This document shows positions 36,115 through 49,960 of a stretch of 64,000 bases of DNA, piece by piece (position 1 is the stretch's first letter; every line of letters begins with the position of its first letter). Made by a program: the position numbers and the translations under genes. Below the pieces are notes generated by a model. That model was not told the origin of the DNA, did no database searches, and saw nothing but the letters and a program-made list of their open reading frames with translations. This DNA is from Anaeramoeba ignava BMAN. Lineage: Eukaryota > Protista > Anaeramoebae. The stretch covers positions 1 to 64,000 of the forward strand of contig JAPDFW010000134.1 in the NCBI GenBank assembly GCA_028826165.1, in the 5' to 3' direction.

Positions 36115-37092
36115 ATGGATCGACTTTCTTTTTCAGAACAATGCTTTATTATTCAAGGAATCAAAGATAACATACGAAACGATGCAAGAACAAGACTTGA
36201 TTATAGATATTTTTCAATTGAAACCGGAATACTTCCACAAACAAACGGATCATCAAGATTAAGACTTGCTGGAACAGAAATTGTAGTTGGAATCAAAACG
36301 GAAATAGGCGAGCCATTAAAAGAGTCTCCAAATGATGGGCGAATAGAGGTTTCTGTTGAATGGTAAATGATACAAAAAGAGAAAAAAAAAATATCAAAAA
36401 AAAATTTATAATAAAAAAAATTTCGAAAAAAATTTTTTTCTTTTTACTTATTTTTCTGTGATCAAAAAAGTACGTTTTCAACCAGTGAAAGAAGGTCTAA
36501 GGAAGTTCTAAATCAAGAAATAACGGCAATGATGCAAAAAATATATTCAGGAGGAAAAGCTATTGATTTAACAAATTTGAGTATTTTAAAAGAAAAAAAA
36601 TGTTGGATTTTATATATTGATGTTTTAGTTTTAAGATCAGATGGGAATCTTTTTGACGGCGTTTCACTAGCAATCAAAGCCGCATTATTTAACACAAGAA
36701 TTCCCAAAGTCCAGGTTGTTCCTGGCGAGCGTTCTGGCGAGATAGAAATTGAGGTTTTTGATGAACAACAAAGTGAAAAAATTAATATAAAAAATGTCCC
36801 TATTTGTGTCACTATTTCTCAAGTTTCTGGATTTGTTGTAATTGACACTACTGTTTATGAAGAGCTTTGTATTGATTCAAGTTTAGTTGTTGCTATTGAT
36901 TCTTCTTCTAATTTGTTTGGAATTCGCAAATATGGAAATGATGGAATTGAATCAAGTTCTTTAATTGAAATTATTAATTTAGCTTCAAAAGCTGGTCAAA
37001 ATTTACATGCTCGTTTGGACTCTCTTCTTCAATTCGAAGAGAAAAATAGAATTCAAAATTCTCTTGATTTGGATTTTATTCATCAAAAATAA
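36115..37092 (+). CDS. RRP42: Exosome complex RNase PH-like subunit RRP42 (EXOSC7)
   Basis: LSFSEQCFIIQGIKDNIRNDARTRLDYR, TNGSSRLRL, CWILYIDVLVL..DGNLFD, AALFNTRIP; intron 36363-36470 is GT-AG and restores VE|C in frame. Confidence 0.88.
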
Positions 37093-37199
37093 TTATTCCT
37101 TTAAGTTTTCTTTTTTTCATATTTGAGAATAGAGTTTATTTTCCATTGATAAATTCAACAAACAAAAATATGATTTTTTTTTTGAAAAAAAAAAACGAT

Positions 37200-37870
37200 T
37201 GAATTAAAAAAAAGATTTGATTGAATTTTATTGAATTGAATTTTATTGAAATGAATTGAATTGAATTGTTTTGAATTGAAATGAAAAAAAGATTGAATTG
37301 AATTTTATTGAAATGAAAAAAAGATTGAAATGAATTGAAATGAAAAAAAGATTGAATTTTATTGAATTTTATTGAATTGAATTTTATTGAATTGAAAAAA
37401 AGATTAAAATGAATTGAATTGAAATGAATTGAATTGAAATGAAAAAAAGATTGAATTTTATTGAATTGAATTTTATTGAAATGAATTTTATTGAATTGAA
37501 TTGAATTGAATTGAATTGAATTGAAATGAAAAAAAGATTGAATTTTATTGAATTTTATTGAATTGAATTTTATTGAAATGAAAAAAAGATTGAATTTTAT
37601 TGAATTGAAATGAATTGAAATGAATTTAAATGAATTTTATTGAAATGAATTTTATTGAAATGAATTTTATTTAAATGAATTTTATTGAATTGAATTGAAT
37701 TGAATTGAATTTTATTGAATTGAATTTTATTGAATTGAATTGAAATGAAAAAAAGATTGAATTTTATTGAATTGAAATGAATTGAAATGAATTGAATTGA
37801 ATTTTATTGAATTGAATTTTATTGAATTGAAATGAATTTTATTGAATTGAATTGAATTGTTTTTTATTGA
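37200..37870. repeat. Intergenic TTGAA-type satellite between convergent genes
   Basis: ttgaa/ttttattgaa/atgaaaaaaagattgaa units. Confidence 0.9.
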
Positions 37871-37892
37871 ATTGGATTTTAAATTTTAATTT

Positions 37893-39773
37893 TTAGAAAA
37901 AACATTCAATTTCATCAACAACCCATTTATCATAAGAACCAGCTAAATAACTCTGAGCTTGATTGTTTCCCCACATTATATCTTTTTGGAAGATGGAAAG
38001 TATAACCAAAATTTAACTTCCCAGATTTTAAATTGGATTTGATTTTAATATCATTTCCACCTCCAAAAACTGGACCATTTTTTAATCCATAATAAATTGC
38101 ATTTTTTGCTTCCTTTTTTTTAATTGAAAATTTTTCTGGTTGTCGATCTCCTTTATTATTTCTTAATGAAAAAATAAATGCATCTGAATCATTAATATAT
38201 CCATCATAAAATTGTGTATCTTTTTGATTCGATTTTGATTTATTTTTTTTCCATCCAACTTTTGTAAAACCTCCAAAAATAAAATTTTGTTTTGTTTTGA
38301 TAACAACTAATGTTTTTCCTTTATTATCAACTGCTTTATGCCAATTTTCACAATTAAATCCATCTCTTTTGGCTGAAAATCCTTTTTTCATTTTAGAAAA
38401 AAAATCATTATCATTTATCCATTCTTGTAATTTCTGAACATATCGATTATCATTAATAATTTCTGAATCTTTAAATTCAATTTTATTTTCATTTTCATTT
38501 TGAATTTGATTTTGATTTTGAATTTGATTTTCTTCTTGATTTTCATTTTCATTTTCTTTTTCTTTCTTTAATTCAGTCAAAGATTTCATTTTTTTAATCT
38601 TTTTTTTCAAAATTTCATTCTCTTTTTCTTTTTTCTTAATTATTCGATTTTTTTTTTATTCTCTTTTTTTAATTGAAGATTTTCCGCATTTTTTTCCTTA
38701 ATTTCTCGTTTTTTTGCTTTAAATCCTTTTCTCAACTTTTCATTTTCTTGAATTTTTGTTTGATTTTCTTTATCTTGAATTTCAAAAATAGTTCTTTCAA
38801 AATTAATTAAAAAAGATTTGGGAAGAAAAAAATCAAATTGTTTTAATTTATCAAAATCTTGTGTTTTGAAATTGAATTTTTATCAAATAATGAAAAAAAA
38901 GAATGAAATAATCTTTTCTTTTCATTCATTTTCTGTTTATATTTCCTTAATTTTAATGATTTAACTCTTTTTTCAATCCAATTATTTAAAAATTGAAAAA
39001 AATCAAATTGAAAAATTTCTTTTTTTTCTTGTTTAAATTGAATAAATTTGATAATTTCTTCTTTGAGTTAAATTGAATAAGTTCTCATTATTCTGAATTT
39101 GGGAAAAATTTTGATTTATTAATTCAAAGCATTTTATTTTAATTTCACCTAATTTTAAATTTCGATTTTGGAATAAAAATTGGAAAAAATTTGAATAATT
39201 AATTGAATTCGAAATTTTTTTTTGAATAATTTCTTTCAATAAATTTAATTTAAAATAAATTGAAATTTCCAATAATTGAATAAGATTTTCTTGATTCTCA
39301 AAAGAAATATTTCCATGATAAATATAACTCAAAATTGATTCCATTTCTTTTTTATTAAATTGATTTAAAGAAATTTTATTAATATCATTTTGTCCTTTTA
39401 AAAACTCATTAAAAAAAGGAGATCTTGAAGATAAAATTGATTTATGAACTTTAATTTCAAAAGGATTTGATTTATTCTCAATAAAAATTGAAAAATCTTT
39501 AAATGAATTTTCATTTAAAAGGTTTGAATAATCTTTAATTAAATTTTTTGTTACTTTTTTTTCTAAATTTTTCTTTTCAATTTGATTTTGATTTTCAATT
39601 TCAATTTCTTTTTGATTTTCATTTTCATTTTCATTTTCATTTTGATTTTCAATTTCTTTTTCAATTTGATTTTCAATTTGATTTTCTTTTTGATTTTCAT
39701 TTTCAATTTGATTTTGATTTTCAATTTGATTTTCAATTTGATTTTCAATTTGGTTATTATTGTTATTTTCCAT
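37893..39773 (-). CDS. BTB-(BACK)-coiled-coil-TLDc protein, multiply frameshifted
   Basis: BTB FKDFSIFI...KVHKSILSSRSPFF; TLDc RDGFNCENWHKAVDNKGKTLVVIKT..IFGGFT and GPVFGGGND; shifted terminal frame reads ...VDEIECFF-stop at 37893. Several indels: errors or pseudogene. Confidence 0.7.
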
Positions 39774-39904
39774 TTTAAAAAAAGAAAAAAATGAAAAAAA
39801 AAAAAGGAAAAAAAAAGGAAAAAAAAATAATTAACAAAAAAATTTATTTACATTTTTTTTTTCAAAATTGAATTATAATTTTTTTTTCAAAATTATTTGC
39901 AAAA

Positions 39905-42900
39905 TTAAAAACGATCTTGATTTTTTCTTGATTTATGTTTATGATGATAATGATGATAATGATTTTGATTTTGATTTTGATTTTGATTTTGATTTGAATT
40001 TCGATTATGATTTTGATTTGAATTTTGATTTGAATTTTGAATTTTGATTTGAATTTCGATTTTGATTTTGATTTTGATTTGAATTTTGATTTGAATTTTG
40101 ATTTCGATTTTGATTTTGATTTTGATTTGAATTTTGATTTTGATAATTATGTTTTTTTTGATATTGATTTGAATTTTGATTTGAATTTTGATTTGAATTT
40201 TGATTTGAATTTTGATTTGAATTTTGATTTTTATTTCTATGTGCTAGATTTTGTTTGCGTTTCCATGTTCTTCTAAAAGCAATTCCTTTAAAATTAACTT
40301 GATCATGTTTATTTTCATGATTTAAATTCTTATTCTTTTTTGAATGTTGAGGTTTTCTAAAAAAAGCAAATTTATCATCATCTTGATTTTCTTGAATAGA
40401 TTGATTAGTTGAATTTTCATGATTTTTTGGGTTTGATTTTGGAGGTTTTTTCCAAGATTTTGGTTTGATTCGATTTTCTTGATTTGAAGAATAGTTCCAT
40501 TTATGGGTTGTTTTTTTTGGAGGATTTGGAGGATTTGGTGAATAAGTATGATTTGGAACAATAAGAGGCACTGGAGTTAAATCCATTTGAGTATTTGCAA
40601 AATATAAATTAGCAGGATTGATATGGAATTTGTAACCAGGTGAAAATTCCGTTTCTGGAGGAATAAATTCAGGAATTTCTGATTGATTTATTTGTAAGTT
40701 GAAATCATTTGGAAATTGATTTTGAAATTCATTTTGCAAATCATTTTGTTGTCCAAATGATTGATTCTCATAAAAATTATCTTGATTCAAGAAAGGATCA
40801 ATTGTTCTGTGAGGAGGATAGATAAATTGAGGAATTATTTGTTCAGATGTGAGTGTATCAGGAGGGAAATAAGATGGATTGAATAAATAATTTGGAATAT
40901 TTGGATGATGTTGATAAGGAGATAGTTCTGAAAAATGATTTGGTGGTATTTTTGAAGAATAATCAATGTTTGTGATATTTGGAATAGAGTTTTCTGTTTG
41001 AATATTTTGTGGTGTGAAAGGTTGATTATTCATATTATTCATATTATTCATATTATTCATATTATTTATATTATTCATATTATTTATATTATTTATATTA
41101 TTCATATTATTCATATTATTCATATTATTCATATTATTCATATTATTCATATTATTTATATTATTTATATTATTCATATTATTCAGATTATTCAAATTAT
41201 TCATATTATTCATATTATTCATATTATTTATATTATTCATATTATTCATATTATTCATATTATTTATATTATTCATATTATTCATATTATTTATATTATT
41301 TATATTATTCATATTATTCATATTATTTAGATTATTTATATTATTCATATTATTCATCGGTTGATAAACTTCTGATTTGTTAATATTTTCTTCAGGAAAT
41401 CTATATTTAATTGAATCAATACTCCGAAATTTTTCTGTTGATTCATTTAATTCTCTTTCATTGAAATTTTTATTTATATTCATTATATTTCCCATTTCTT
41501 CTTTTTGTTTATTTATAATATTTTGTTTATTTTCTTGTGATTCTTCATATGATGAAAATATTTGATCTATTTTTGATTCAAATTGTATTGTATTTTGATT
41601 TTCATTTTCATTTTGATTTTTAATTTCATTTTCATTTTCATTTTGATTTTGATTTTGATTTTGATTTTGATTTTCATTTTTAATTTGATTTTGATTTTCA
41701 ATTTGATTTTGATTTTGATTTTCATTTTGATTTTGATTTTTATTTTTATTTTTATTTTTAATTTCATTTTGATTTTTAATTTTAATTTCATTTTCATTTT
41801 CATTTTCATTTTCATTTTCAATTTGATTTTGATTTTGATTTTTATTTTCATTTTGATTTTGATTTTGATTTTCATTTTGATTTTCATTTTCAATTTCAAT
41901 TTGAATTTTTGATTTTTAATTTTTGATTTTTAATTTCATTTTCATTTTCATTTTTATTTTTGTTTTGATTTTGATTTTCATTTTGATTTTCATTTTCATT
42001 TTCATTTTCATTTTTAATTTGATTTTGATTTTGATTTTGATTTTCATTTTTAATTTGATTTTGATTTTGATTTTTAATTTGATTTTCATTTTCATTTTGA
42101 TTTTGATTTTCATTTTCAATTTGATTTTGATTTTCAATTTGATTTTGATTTTGATTTTTAATTTCATTTTGATTTTTAATTTCATTTTCATTTTCATTTT
42201 CATTTTCATTTTCATTTTTAATTTGATTTTGATTTTGATTTTGATTTTCATTTTTAATTTCATTTTGATTTTGATTTTGATTTTTATTTTCATTTTGATT
42301 TTCATTTTCATTTTCATTTTCATTTTCATTTTTAATTTGATTTTGATTTTCATTTTGATTTTGATTTTCATTTTTAATTTCATTTTGATTTTCATTTTCA
42401 TTTTCAATTTCATTTTGATTTTGATTTTTAATTTGATTTTCATTTTCATTTTGATTTTTGTTTTGATTTTGATTTTTAATTTGATTTTCAATTTGATTTT
42501 CATTTTGATTTTGATTTTCATTTTCAATTTGATTTTTATTTTGATTTTTATTTTTGATTTTGATTTTTAATTTCATTTTCATTTTCTTTCTTATCATCAT
42601 CATGTTCAACTAAATTGATATTTGGTTTAATTTTTTGAATTTTTTGAATTTTTTGATTTTGAGATAAATTTTCATTTGAATTTTGATCAACTTGAATATT
42701 ATTACGATCATAATTAAGAACTGATTGATGAATTTTTTGTGGAATAGAATTATCATTTGAGATTTCAGGAGTTTTTCTTGAAGAATTATCATTTTCAAGA
42801 CTTGGACTATCAACATTATTTCTTTTAGGAAGAAGAAGACTTTTTGTAAGAATTGAGGATAAGCCAGCACTTTGTTTCAACAACTGCATTGCCTGATCAA

Positions 42901-43922
42901 AAAGAGAGGTACATTGTTCTGATTGCATAAGTGCTCCTAGTAGCGTTGCAAGCCTGAGCTAGAGGGTCAACAATAACGGGAATTTCAGGTTGAGATTGGG
43001 AATAGAAAATACTTGTTGGCTTGTAAAAATAGTAGCCACCATTGAGAATTGAGATGCCATAGACACGAAAATTAAAGCAAGCATAAACACCGAAGAAATC
43101 AATTAGTAAGGAACCTAGATTTACTGTTTTTGGAGACTGATTATACCCGACATGGAACTGTAAAAAGGATACAATCAAAAGTAGCAAGGAAAATGAAGAC
43201 AGTCCGCCATGAAAGGGTTCGTTGAGAGAATGCACCTGTAAAAAGCGCTTGGTAACGAGGAGCAAAGGAAGCAAAGGAGGATAAATATTTATTAAATATC
43301 TTGTGAAAGTAACACTGCGATGACAGGTAGAAACGTTAAAAGAAATATCGATCTGAAAGAGGGATTTCAGATCAAGTAGTTTGATAATCGGGACACGAGC
43401 AAAAGGCAGAGTCTGAATTATTTTCAAACGCCCTTTCTCGGCATGCTGGTTCAAGTGGTTTCCAAGCTGATAAACAAGTTCTCTTTCGGGTAACTCACTT
43501 TCCAAAAAAATTGTGATATCGATATCTGAGTCTGGGAGATAGGTACCACTAGGATAAGATCCATAGACCACAACCTCACATTCTCGCCAACGCTTCTGTA
43601 TGACCCGCTTGATACGCTCACAGGCTTCTTTCCGTTTTTCATCTTGGCTCTTGTTGGGTCGATGCTCCTCAAAAAAATCCATTATTTCGGCATGAAGTCT
43701 CATTGTTGGGTCTTCGTGAAGATATGTGAACTTTGGGCTCCTTCGCATTTTATGTGCTGACATATATTTCTTTCTTGTCGTTGGCGTTATTCGCCCATCG
43801 TTTTTTGTTGGTGTTCTTTCTACTTCTTTTGACATTTTTTCATATTCTTTCATGATTTCTTCCATTTTTTTTGCTTCTTCTTTTCTTCTTTTATTTTCAA
43901 TTTGGTTTTTATCTGGTTTCAT
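39905..43922 (-). CDS. Trf4/PAPD5-like non-canonical poly(A) polymerase with very long N/Q-rich C-terminal tail
   Basis: Pol-beta NTase motif YGSYPSGTYLPDSDIDI, ARVPIIK, QIDISFN, GGLSSFSL and PAP-associated IVDPL. The tail is joined across apparent 1-nt indels near 42900, 42560, 41910 and 40040, ending ...KNQDRF-stop at 39905. Confidence 0.8.
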
Positions 43923-44149
43923 TTTTATTCTTATTTTGTTTTTTAATTTTAAAGATGATAAAAATTATAATAATAAAAGAAAAATGAAAAATGAAAAAAA
44001 AAAAGAAAAAATTTTTTTTTGCTTTTTTTATTTTTGAATCAAAATTACTAAATTTTTGATTTAAATTATTAATTCTTTTTATTTTTTTTTAATTTAATTT
44101 AATTTTTTCATTTTTTTCCTTTTCATTTTTTATTATTATCTTTTATTTT

Positions 44150-47100
44150 ATGAATTTGATTAGAAGAACTTACGACGACGGTTCTATTTATGAAGGAGAG
44201 TTTTATGATGAAATGAGACATGGGTTTGAATAATCCTAATTAAATTTAAAACAAAATTCAAATCAAAATTAAAATTAAAATCAAAATTTAAATTAAAAAT
44301 TTAAATTAAAAATTAAAACCAAAATTAAAAATGAAAATCAAAATTTAAAATAAAAATTTAAAATAAAAATTTAAATTAAAATCAAAATTAAAATCAAAAT
44401 CAAAATCAAAATGAAATTAAAAATCAAAATTAAAAATCAAAATTAAAATAAAAATTTAAATTAAAATTAAAATTAAAATCAAAATCAAAATTAAAATTAA
44501 AATCAAAATCAATATCAAAATTATTTTCAGATATGGAAGCTATACTTTTTATACTAATGATTTTTATCGAGGAAATTGGAGATTTGATCAAAAACATGGA
44601 AAAGGAGTTTATATTTTTGCAACAGGAGGTATTTATGAAGGAGATTGGGATAATGGAAGAAAAACAGGTCAAGGTATTTTTTTTCAATTAAATTCAAAAA
44701 TTTAATTAAATTAATTTAACTTAATTATTTATTTTTTATTTATTTTAATTTATTTTAGGAGTTTTTATATTTCCAAGTGGAGATCAATATACAGGAACTT
44801 GGAAAGATGATAAAAGAAATGGGTAAAATATTTCAAATCATTTATTTTTAAATCAACTTTTAAATTAACTTTTAAATCAATTCTTAAATCAATTTTTAAA
44901 TCAATTCTTAAATCAATTCTTAAATTAACTTTTAAATTAACTTTTAAATTAACTTTTAAATCAATTTTTAAATCAATTTTTAAATTAACTTTTAAATTAA
45001 CTTATAAATCAATTCTTAAATTAACTTTTAAATCAATTTTTAAATTAATTTTTAAATCAATTTTTAAATCAATTTTTAAATCAATTTTTAAATCAATTTT
45101 TAAATTAACTTTTAAATTAACTTTTAAATCAATTCTTAAATTAACTTTTAAATTAACTTTTAAATCAACTTTTAAATTAACTTTTAAATCAACTTTTAAA
45201 TTAACTTTTAAATTAATTTTTAAATTAACTTTTAAATTAATTTTTAAATTAACTTTTAAATTAATTTTTAAATCAATTTTTAAATCAACTTTTAAATCAA
45301 TTCTTAAATCAATTCTTAAATTAACTTTTAAATCAATTCTTAAATCAACTTTTAAATTAACTTTTAAATTAACTTTTAAATTAACTTTTAAATCAATTTT
45401 TAAATCAATTTTTAAATCAATTCTTAAATCAATTCTTAAATTAACTTTTAAATCAATTTTTAAATTAATTTTTAAATCAATTTTTAAATCAATTTTTAAA
45501 TCAATTTTTAAATTAACTTTTAAATTAACTTTTAAATCAATTCTTAAATTAACTTTTAAATTAACTTTTAAATCAACTTTTAAATTAACTTTTAAATCAA
45601 CTTTTAAATTAACTTTTAAATTAACTTTTAAATTAACTTTTAAATTAACTTTTAAATTAACTTTTAAATTAACTTTTAAATTAACTCTTAAATCAATTTT
45701 TAAATCAATTTTTAAATCAATTCTTAAATTAACTTTTAAATTAATTTTTAAATCAATTCTTAAATTAATTTTTAAATCAACTTTTAAATTAATTTTTAAA
45801 TCAATTCTTAAATCAATTTTTAAATTAACTTTTAAATCAATTTTTAAATTAACTTTTAAATCAATTTTTAAATCAACTTTTAAATTAACTTTTAAATTAA
45901 CTTTTAAAATCTGTTTAGTTTTGGAATTTATCAATATAATAATGGGTAAAAATCAATATAAAAATCAAAATTTAAAAATCAAAATTTAAAAATAAAAATT
46001 AAAAATTTAAAAATAAAAATTAAAAATTAAATTTAAAAATAGTGATAGATATGAAGGTTTTTGGTTTGAAGATCAAAAACATGGATTAGGTTATTATCAA
46101 TATGCTTCAGGATCTGAATATATTGGAGAATGGACAAAAGGAATTAAAGCAGTAAAAATGTTTTTTTTCTTTTTTAAAAAATAATTTAAATTAAAATTTA
46201 AATTAAAATTTTAGGGTTTTGGGAGATTTTATTTTAAAATTGGAGATATTTATGAAGGTCAATGGCAAGAAGAAAAAAGAAATGGGTACAAAGAAATTTA
46301 TTTCAAAATTTATTTCAAAATTATTTCAATATTTATTTCAAAATTTATTTCAATATTTATTTCAAAATTTATTCCAAAATTTATTTTAAAATTTATTCCA
46401 AAATTTATTTCAAAATTTATTTCAAAATTTATTTCAAAATTTATTTCAAAATTTATTTCAAAATTTATTTTAATATTTATTTCAAAATTTATTTTAATAT
46501 TTATTTCAATATTTATTTCAAAATTTATTTTAATATTATTTTAAATATTTATTTCAAAATTTATTCCAATATTTATTTCAAAATTTATTTCAAAATTTAT
46601 TTTAAAATTTATTTCAAAATTTATTTCAATATTTATTTCAAAATTTATTTCAATATTTATTTCAAAATTTATTCCAAAATTTATTCCAAAATTTATTTCA
46701 ATATTTATTTCAATATTTATTTCAAAATTATTTTAAAATTTATTTCAATATTTATTTCAATATTTATTTCAATATTTATTTTAAAATTTATTTCAAAATT
46801 TATTTTAATATTTATTTCAAAAATTTATTTTAATATTTATTTCAATATTTATTTCAATATTTATTTCAAAAATTTATTTTAATATTTATTTCAATATTTA
46901 TTTCAATATTTATTTCAAAATTTATTTCAATATTTATTTCAATATTTATTTTAAAATTTATTTCAATATTTATTTTAATATTTATTCCAAAATTTATTCC
47001 AATATTTATAAATGTTTAGTTGGGGAATTTATTTATATGCTCGTGATGGTGATAGATATTATGGTCATTGGAGATCTGATAACAAACATGGATTGTAAAT

Positions 47101-49800
47101 TTCTCATTAAAATTTTGTTTTCACTTTTCAAAAATTTATTAATTAATTTATTATTTATTTATTTAGAGGAACTTATATTTATCAAAATGGAGATTGGTAT
47201 TTTGGAATTTGGAAAGATGGAGAAAAAGAAGGAATGTAAATTGAAATTAATTTGAAAATGAAAAAAAAAGAAAATTTCTTTTAAAATTATTTAAAATGAT
47301 AAATATTTTCCTTTTATTTTTTAGAGGAGTATTTCATTATGCCGAAAGTGATAGTCAATATATTGGATTTTGGTAATAAAATCAAATCAAATTAAATAAA
47401 ATCAAATTAAATAAAATCAAATTAAATTCAAATTCAAATTAAAATCAATTCAAATCAAAATCAAATTAAATTAAATTAAATCAAAATTAAATTAAATTAA
47501 ATTAAAATCAAAATCAAAATCAAATCAAATCAAATAAAATCAAATTAAAATCAATTTAAATTAAATCAAATTAAAATCAAATTAAAATCAAATTCAAATT
47601 AAATTAAATTAAATTAAATTAAATTAAATAAAATTAAATCAAATTAAATTAAATTAAATTAAATTAAATTAAAATCAAATTAAATAAAATCAAATTAAAT
47701 AAAATCAAAATCAATTCAAATCAAAATCAAATTAAATTAAATCAAATTAAATAAAATCAAAATCAAATCAAATCAAATCAAATTAAATTCAAATTTAAAT
47801 TAAATTCAATAAAATTAAATTAAAATCAAAATAAAATCAAATTAAATTCAAATTAAATAAAATCAAAATCAAATTAAAATTAAAATCAAATTAAATCAAA
47901 ATCAATATTAGGCATAGAAATCAAAGACATGGATTCGGAATTTATTATTTTGCAAGTGGAGATATTTATAAAGGTATTTAATTTTAAATTTAAATTTCAT
48001 TATTTAATTTTGAATTTCATTTTAATTATTTTTATTATTATTTAGGATATTGGAAAATGGATCAAAAAGATGGAAAAGGAGATTATTTTTATCCAAATGG
48101 GTATTGCTTAAAAAATTTATTTAATTCTGTTTAAAAAAATTTATTTAATTCATTTTAAAAAAATTTATTTAAATTCTGTTTAAAAAATTTATTTAAATTC
48201 TGTTTAAAAAAATTTATTTAAATTCTGTTTAAAAAATTTATTTAATTCATTTTAAAAAAATTTATTTAAATTCATTTTAAAAAAATTTATTTAATTCTGT
48301 TTAAAAAATTTATTTAAATTCTGTTTAAAAAAATTTATTTAATTCTGGTTTAAAAAAATTTATTTAAATTCTGTTTAAAAAAATTTATTTAATTCTGTTT
48401 AAAAAAATTTATTTAAATTCAGTTTAAAAAAATTTATTTAAATTCTGTTTAAAAAATTTATTTAAATTCATTTCAAAAATTTATTTAAATTCATTTTAAA
48501 AAAATTTATTTAAATTCTGTTTAAAAAAAAAGTGATAAATTTCAAGGTGAATGGAGAGATGATCAAAAATCAGGATTAGGAACTTATTTTTATGGAACTG
48601 GAGAAATCCATTCATCAAAATGGAGAAATGGAGTAAAACATGATCCATTTGCGAAAATATTTCCAATAAAACCCGCAAATGTTGTTATCATGAAACAATT
48701 TGTGAATGGAATACCGCAAACACAATCAGAACCAATTAAATGCAATCCAAAAGAAAAACCAGAGTTTGAATATAATCAATTCCAAACAGAAGAAGAGCTT
48801 CTCAGAAAAAGACTCAAAATAGCAGATTTAAAGTTATCACATCCAAAATTTATAATTCCAAGATCAATTGCAATTATTTGTTCAAAAGTTATTTTATCAT
48901 CAAGATTTTCAGCTCCTCGTTTTCATCTATTAATGAATCCTGAAATGTTTCCAATAGAAACTGTTGATGTTTATTATTGGGATAATGAAAATTGCTTGAA
49001 TATCAATTTATATAATCAAAATATTTTGGAAGATTATCTTAAAAACAAACCATTATTAGATTGGTCAACAGAAGATGTTGAGACTTGGCTCAATATAATT
49101 GGTGTTCCAAATCTCAGAGATCTTCTTAGACAAAATGGTGTTGATGGGAAATCTCTTTCTTCATTTGATTCGATAATGATGAAAAATTTTGGATTTCGTG
49201 AGATTGGTTATCGAATTAAAATTATTCAAAAATTGAAGGCAATTCGAGAATATCAAGGAAAATAATCCAAATCTAAATATTTCAACAAATCAAATCGAAA
49301 TTGAAAACCAATTTCAAATTCCATTCAAAATTGAAAATCAAATCCAAAATCAAATTCAAATTGAAAATCAAATAAACGAAGAACAAATAATAAATCAATT
49401 GGGTGATTCCATTTTCCAAATTCAATCAATGAATATCGGAACAGATCGTTTTAATCCTCATCTTTACTCTTTTAAATCAAATGTTTCAATCTCAAACGAT
49501 TCAAATTATCAAAATTTTTCTAAAATTGGAATTGATGAATCAAAAATTCAAAAATGGTTGTTAGATTCAAAAGAAAAAACTATTCCAGAACATCTTAAAT
49601 GTCCAATTTCACATAAAATTATGCAATTACCAGTTATTGCAAGTGATGAAGTTACTTATGATTTTGATTCAATTATACAATGGATGAAATCAAATGATCA
49701 TAGTTTTGTTCATAAACAAATTAAATTTTCTTCTAAATTTTTGATTCCAAATTTTACTATTCACAAATTAATTGAAGAATTTTTGGAACAAATTAATTGA
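44150..49800 (+). CDS. MORN-repeat + SAM + U-box protein
   Basis: Eleven GT-AG introns (44224-44530, 44674-44758, 44823-45918, 45946-46042, 46152-46214, 46286-47019, 47095-47166, 47236-47324, 47373-47911, 47974-48045, 48101-48532) give continuous YEG.W....R.G.G repeats. SAM motif WSTEDVETWL...NGVDGKSL; U-box PEHLKCPISHKIMQLPVIASDEVTYD...LIPNFTI, reached after a +1 shift near 49257. Confidence 0.82.
44850..45905 (+). repeat. 12-nt satellite TT(T/C)TTAAAT(T/C)AA-type in MORN intron 3
   Basis: cttttaaattaa / tttttaaatcaa / ttcttaaatcaa units. Confidence 0.9.
46295..47010 (+). repeat. 12-nt satellite ATTTATTTCAA(A/T) in MORN intron 6
   Basis: Direct inspection. Confidence 0.9.
47378..47905 (+). 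repeat. AAATC/AAATT satellite in MORN intron 9
   Basis: Direct inspection. Confidence 0.88.
48108..48530 (+). repeat. About 24-nt minisatellite AAAAAAATTTATTTAAATTCTGTTT in MORN intron 11
   Basis: Direct inspection. Confidence 0.88.
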
Positions 49801-49960
49801 AATTCAAATTAAAAAAAAAAATAATTGTTTATAAAAAAAAAAATGAAAAGAAAAACAAAATAATAAAAATATTTTTTTTTTGCTTATTCAAAATTATTTT
49901 CCCTAAAAAAAAAAATTATTTTTTTGTTAATTAAAAAAAAGTAAAAAAAAAAGAAATTGT

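Noticed and set aside
33470-49270. Programmed +1 frameshifting (Euplotes-like): AAA-TAA at 33475 and 49260, TTT-TGA at 42900
   Set aside because: Paralogs show the RCC1 breaks are single-base indels in or next to homopolymers, and both +1 and -1 events occur, typical of long-read consensus error. Illumina reads confirming the extra base in single-copy genes (Trf4, DOCK, MORN) would revive the idea.
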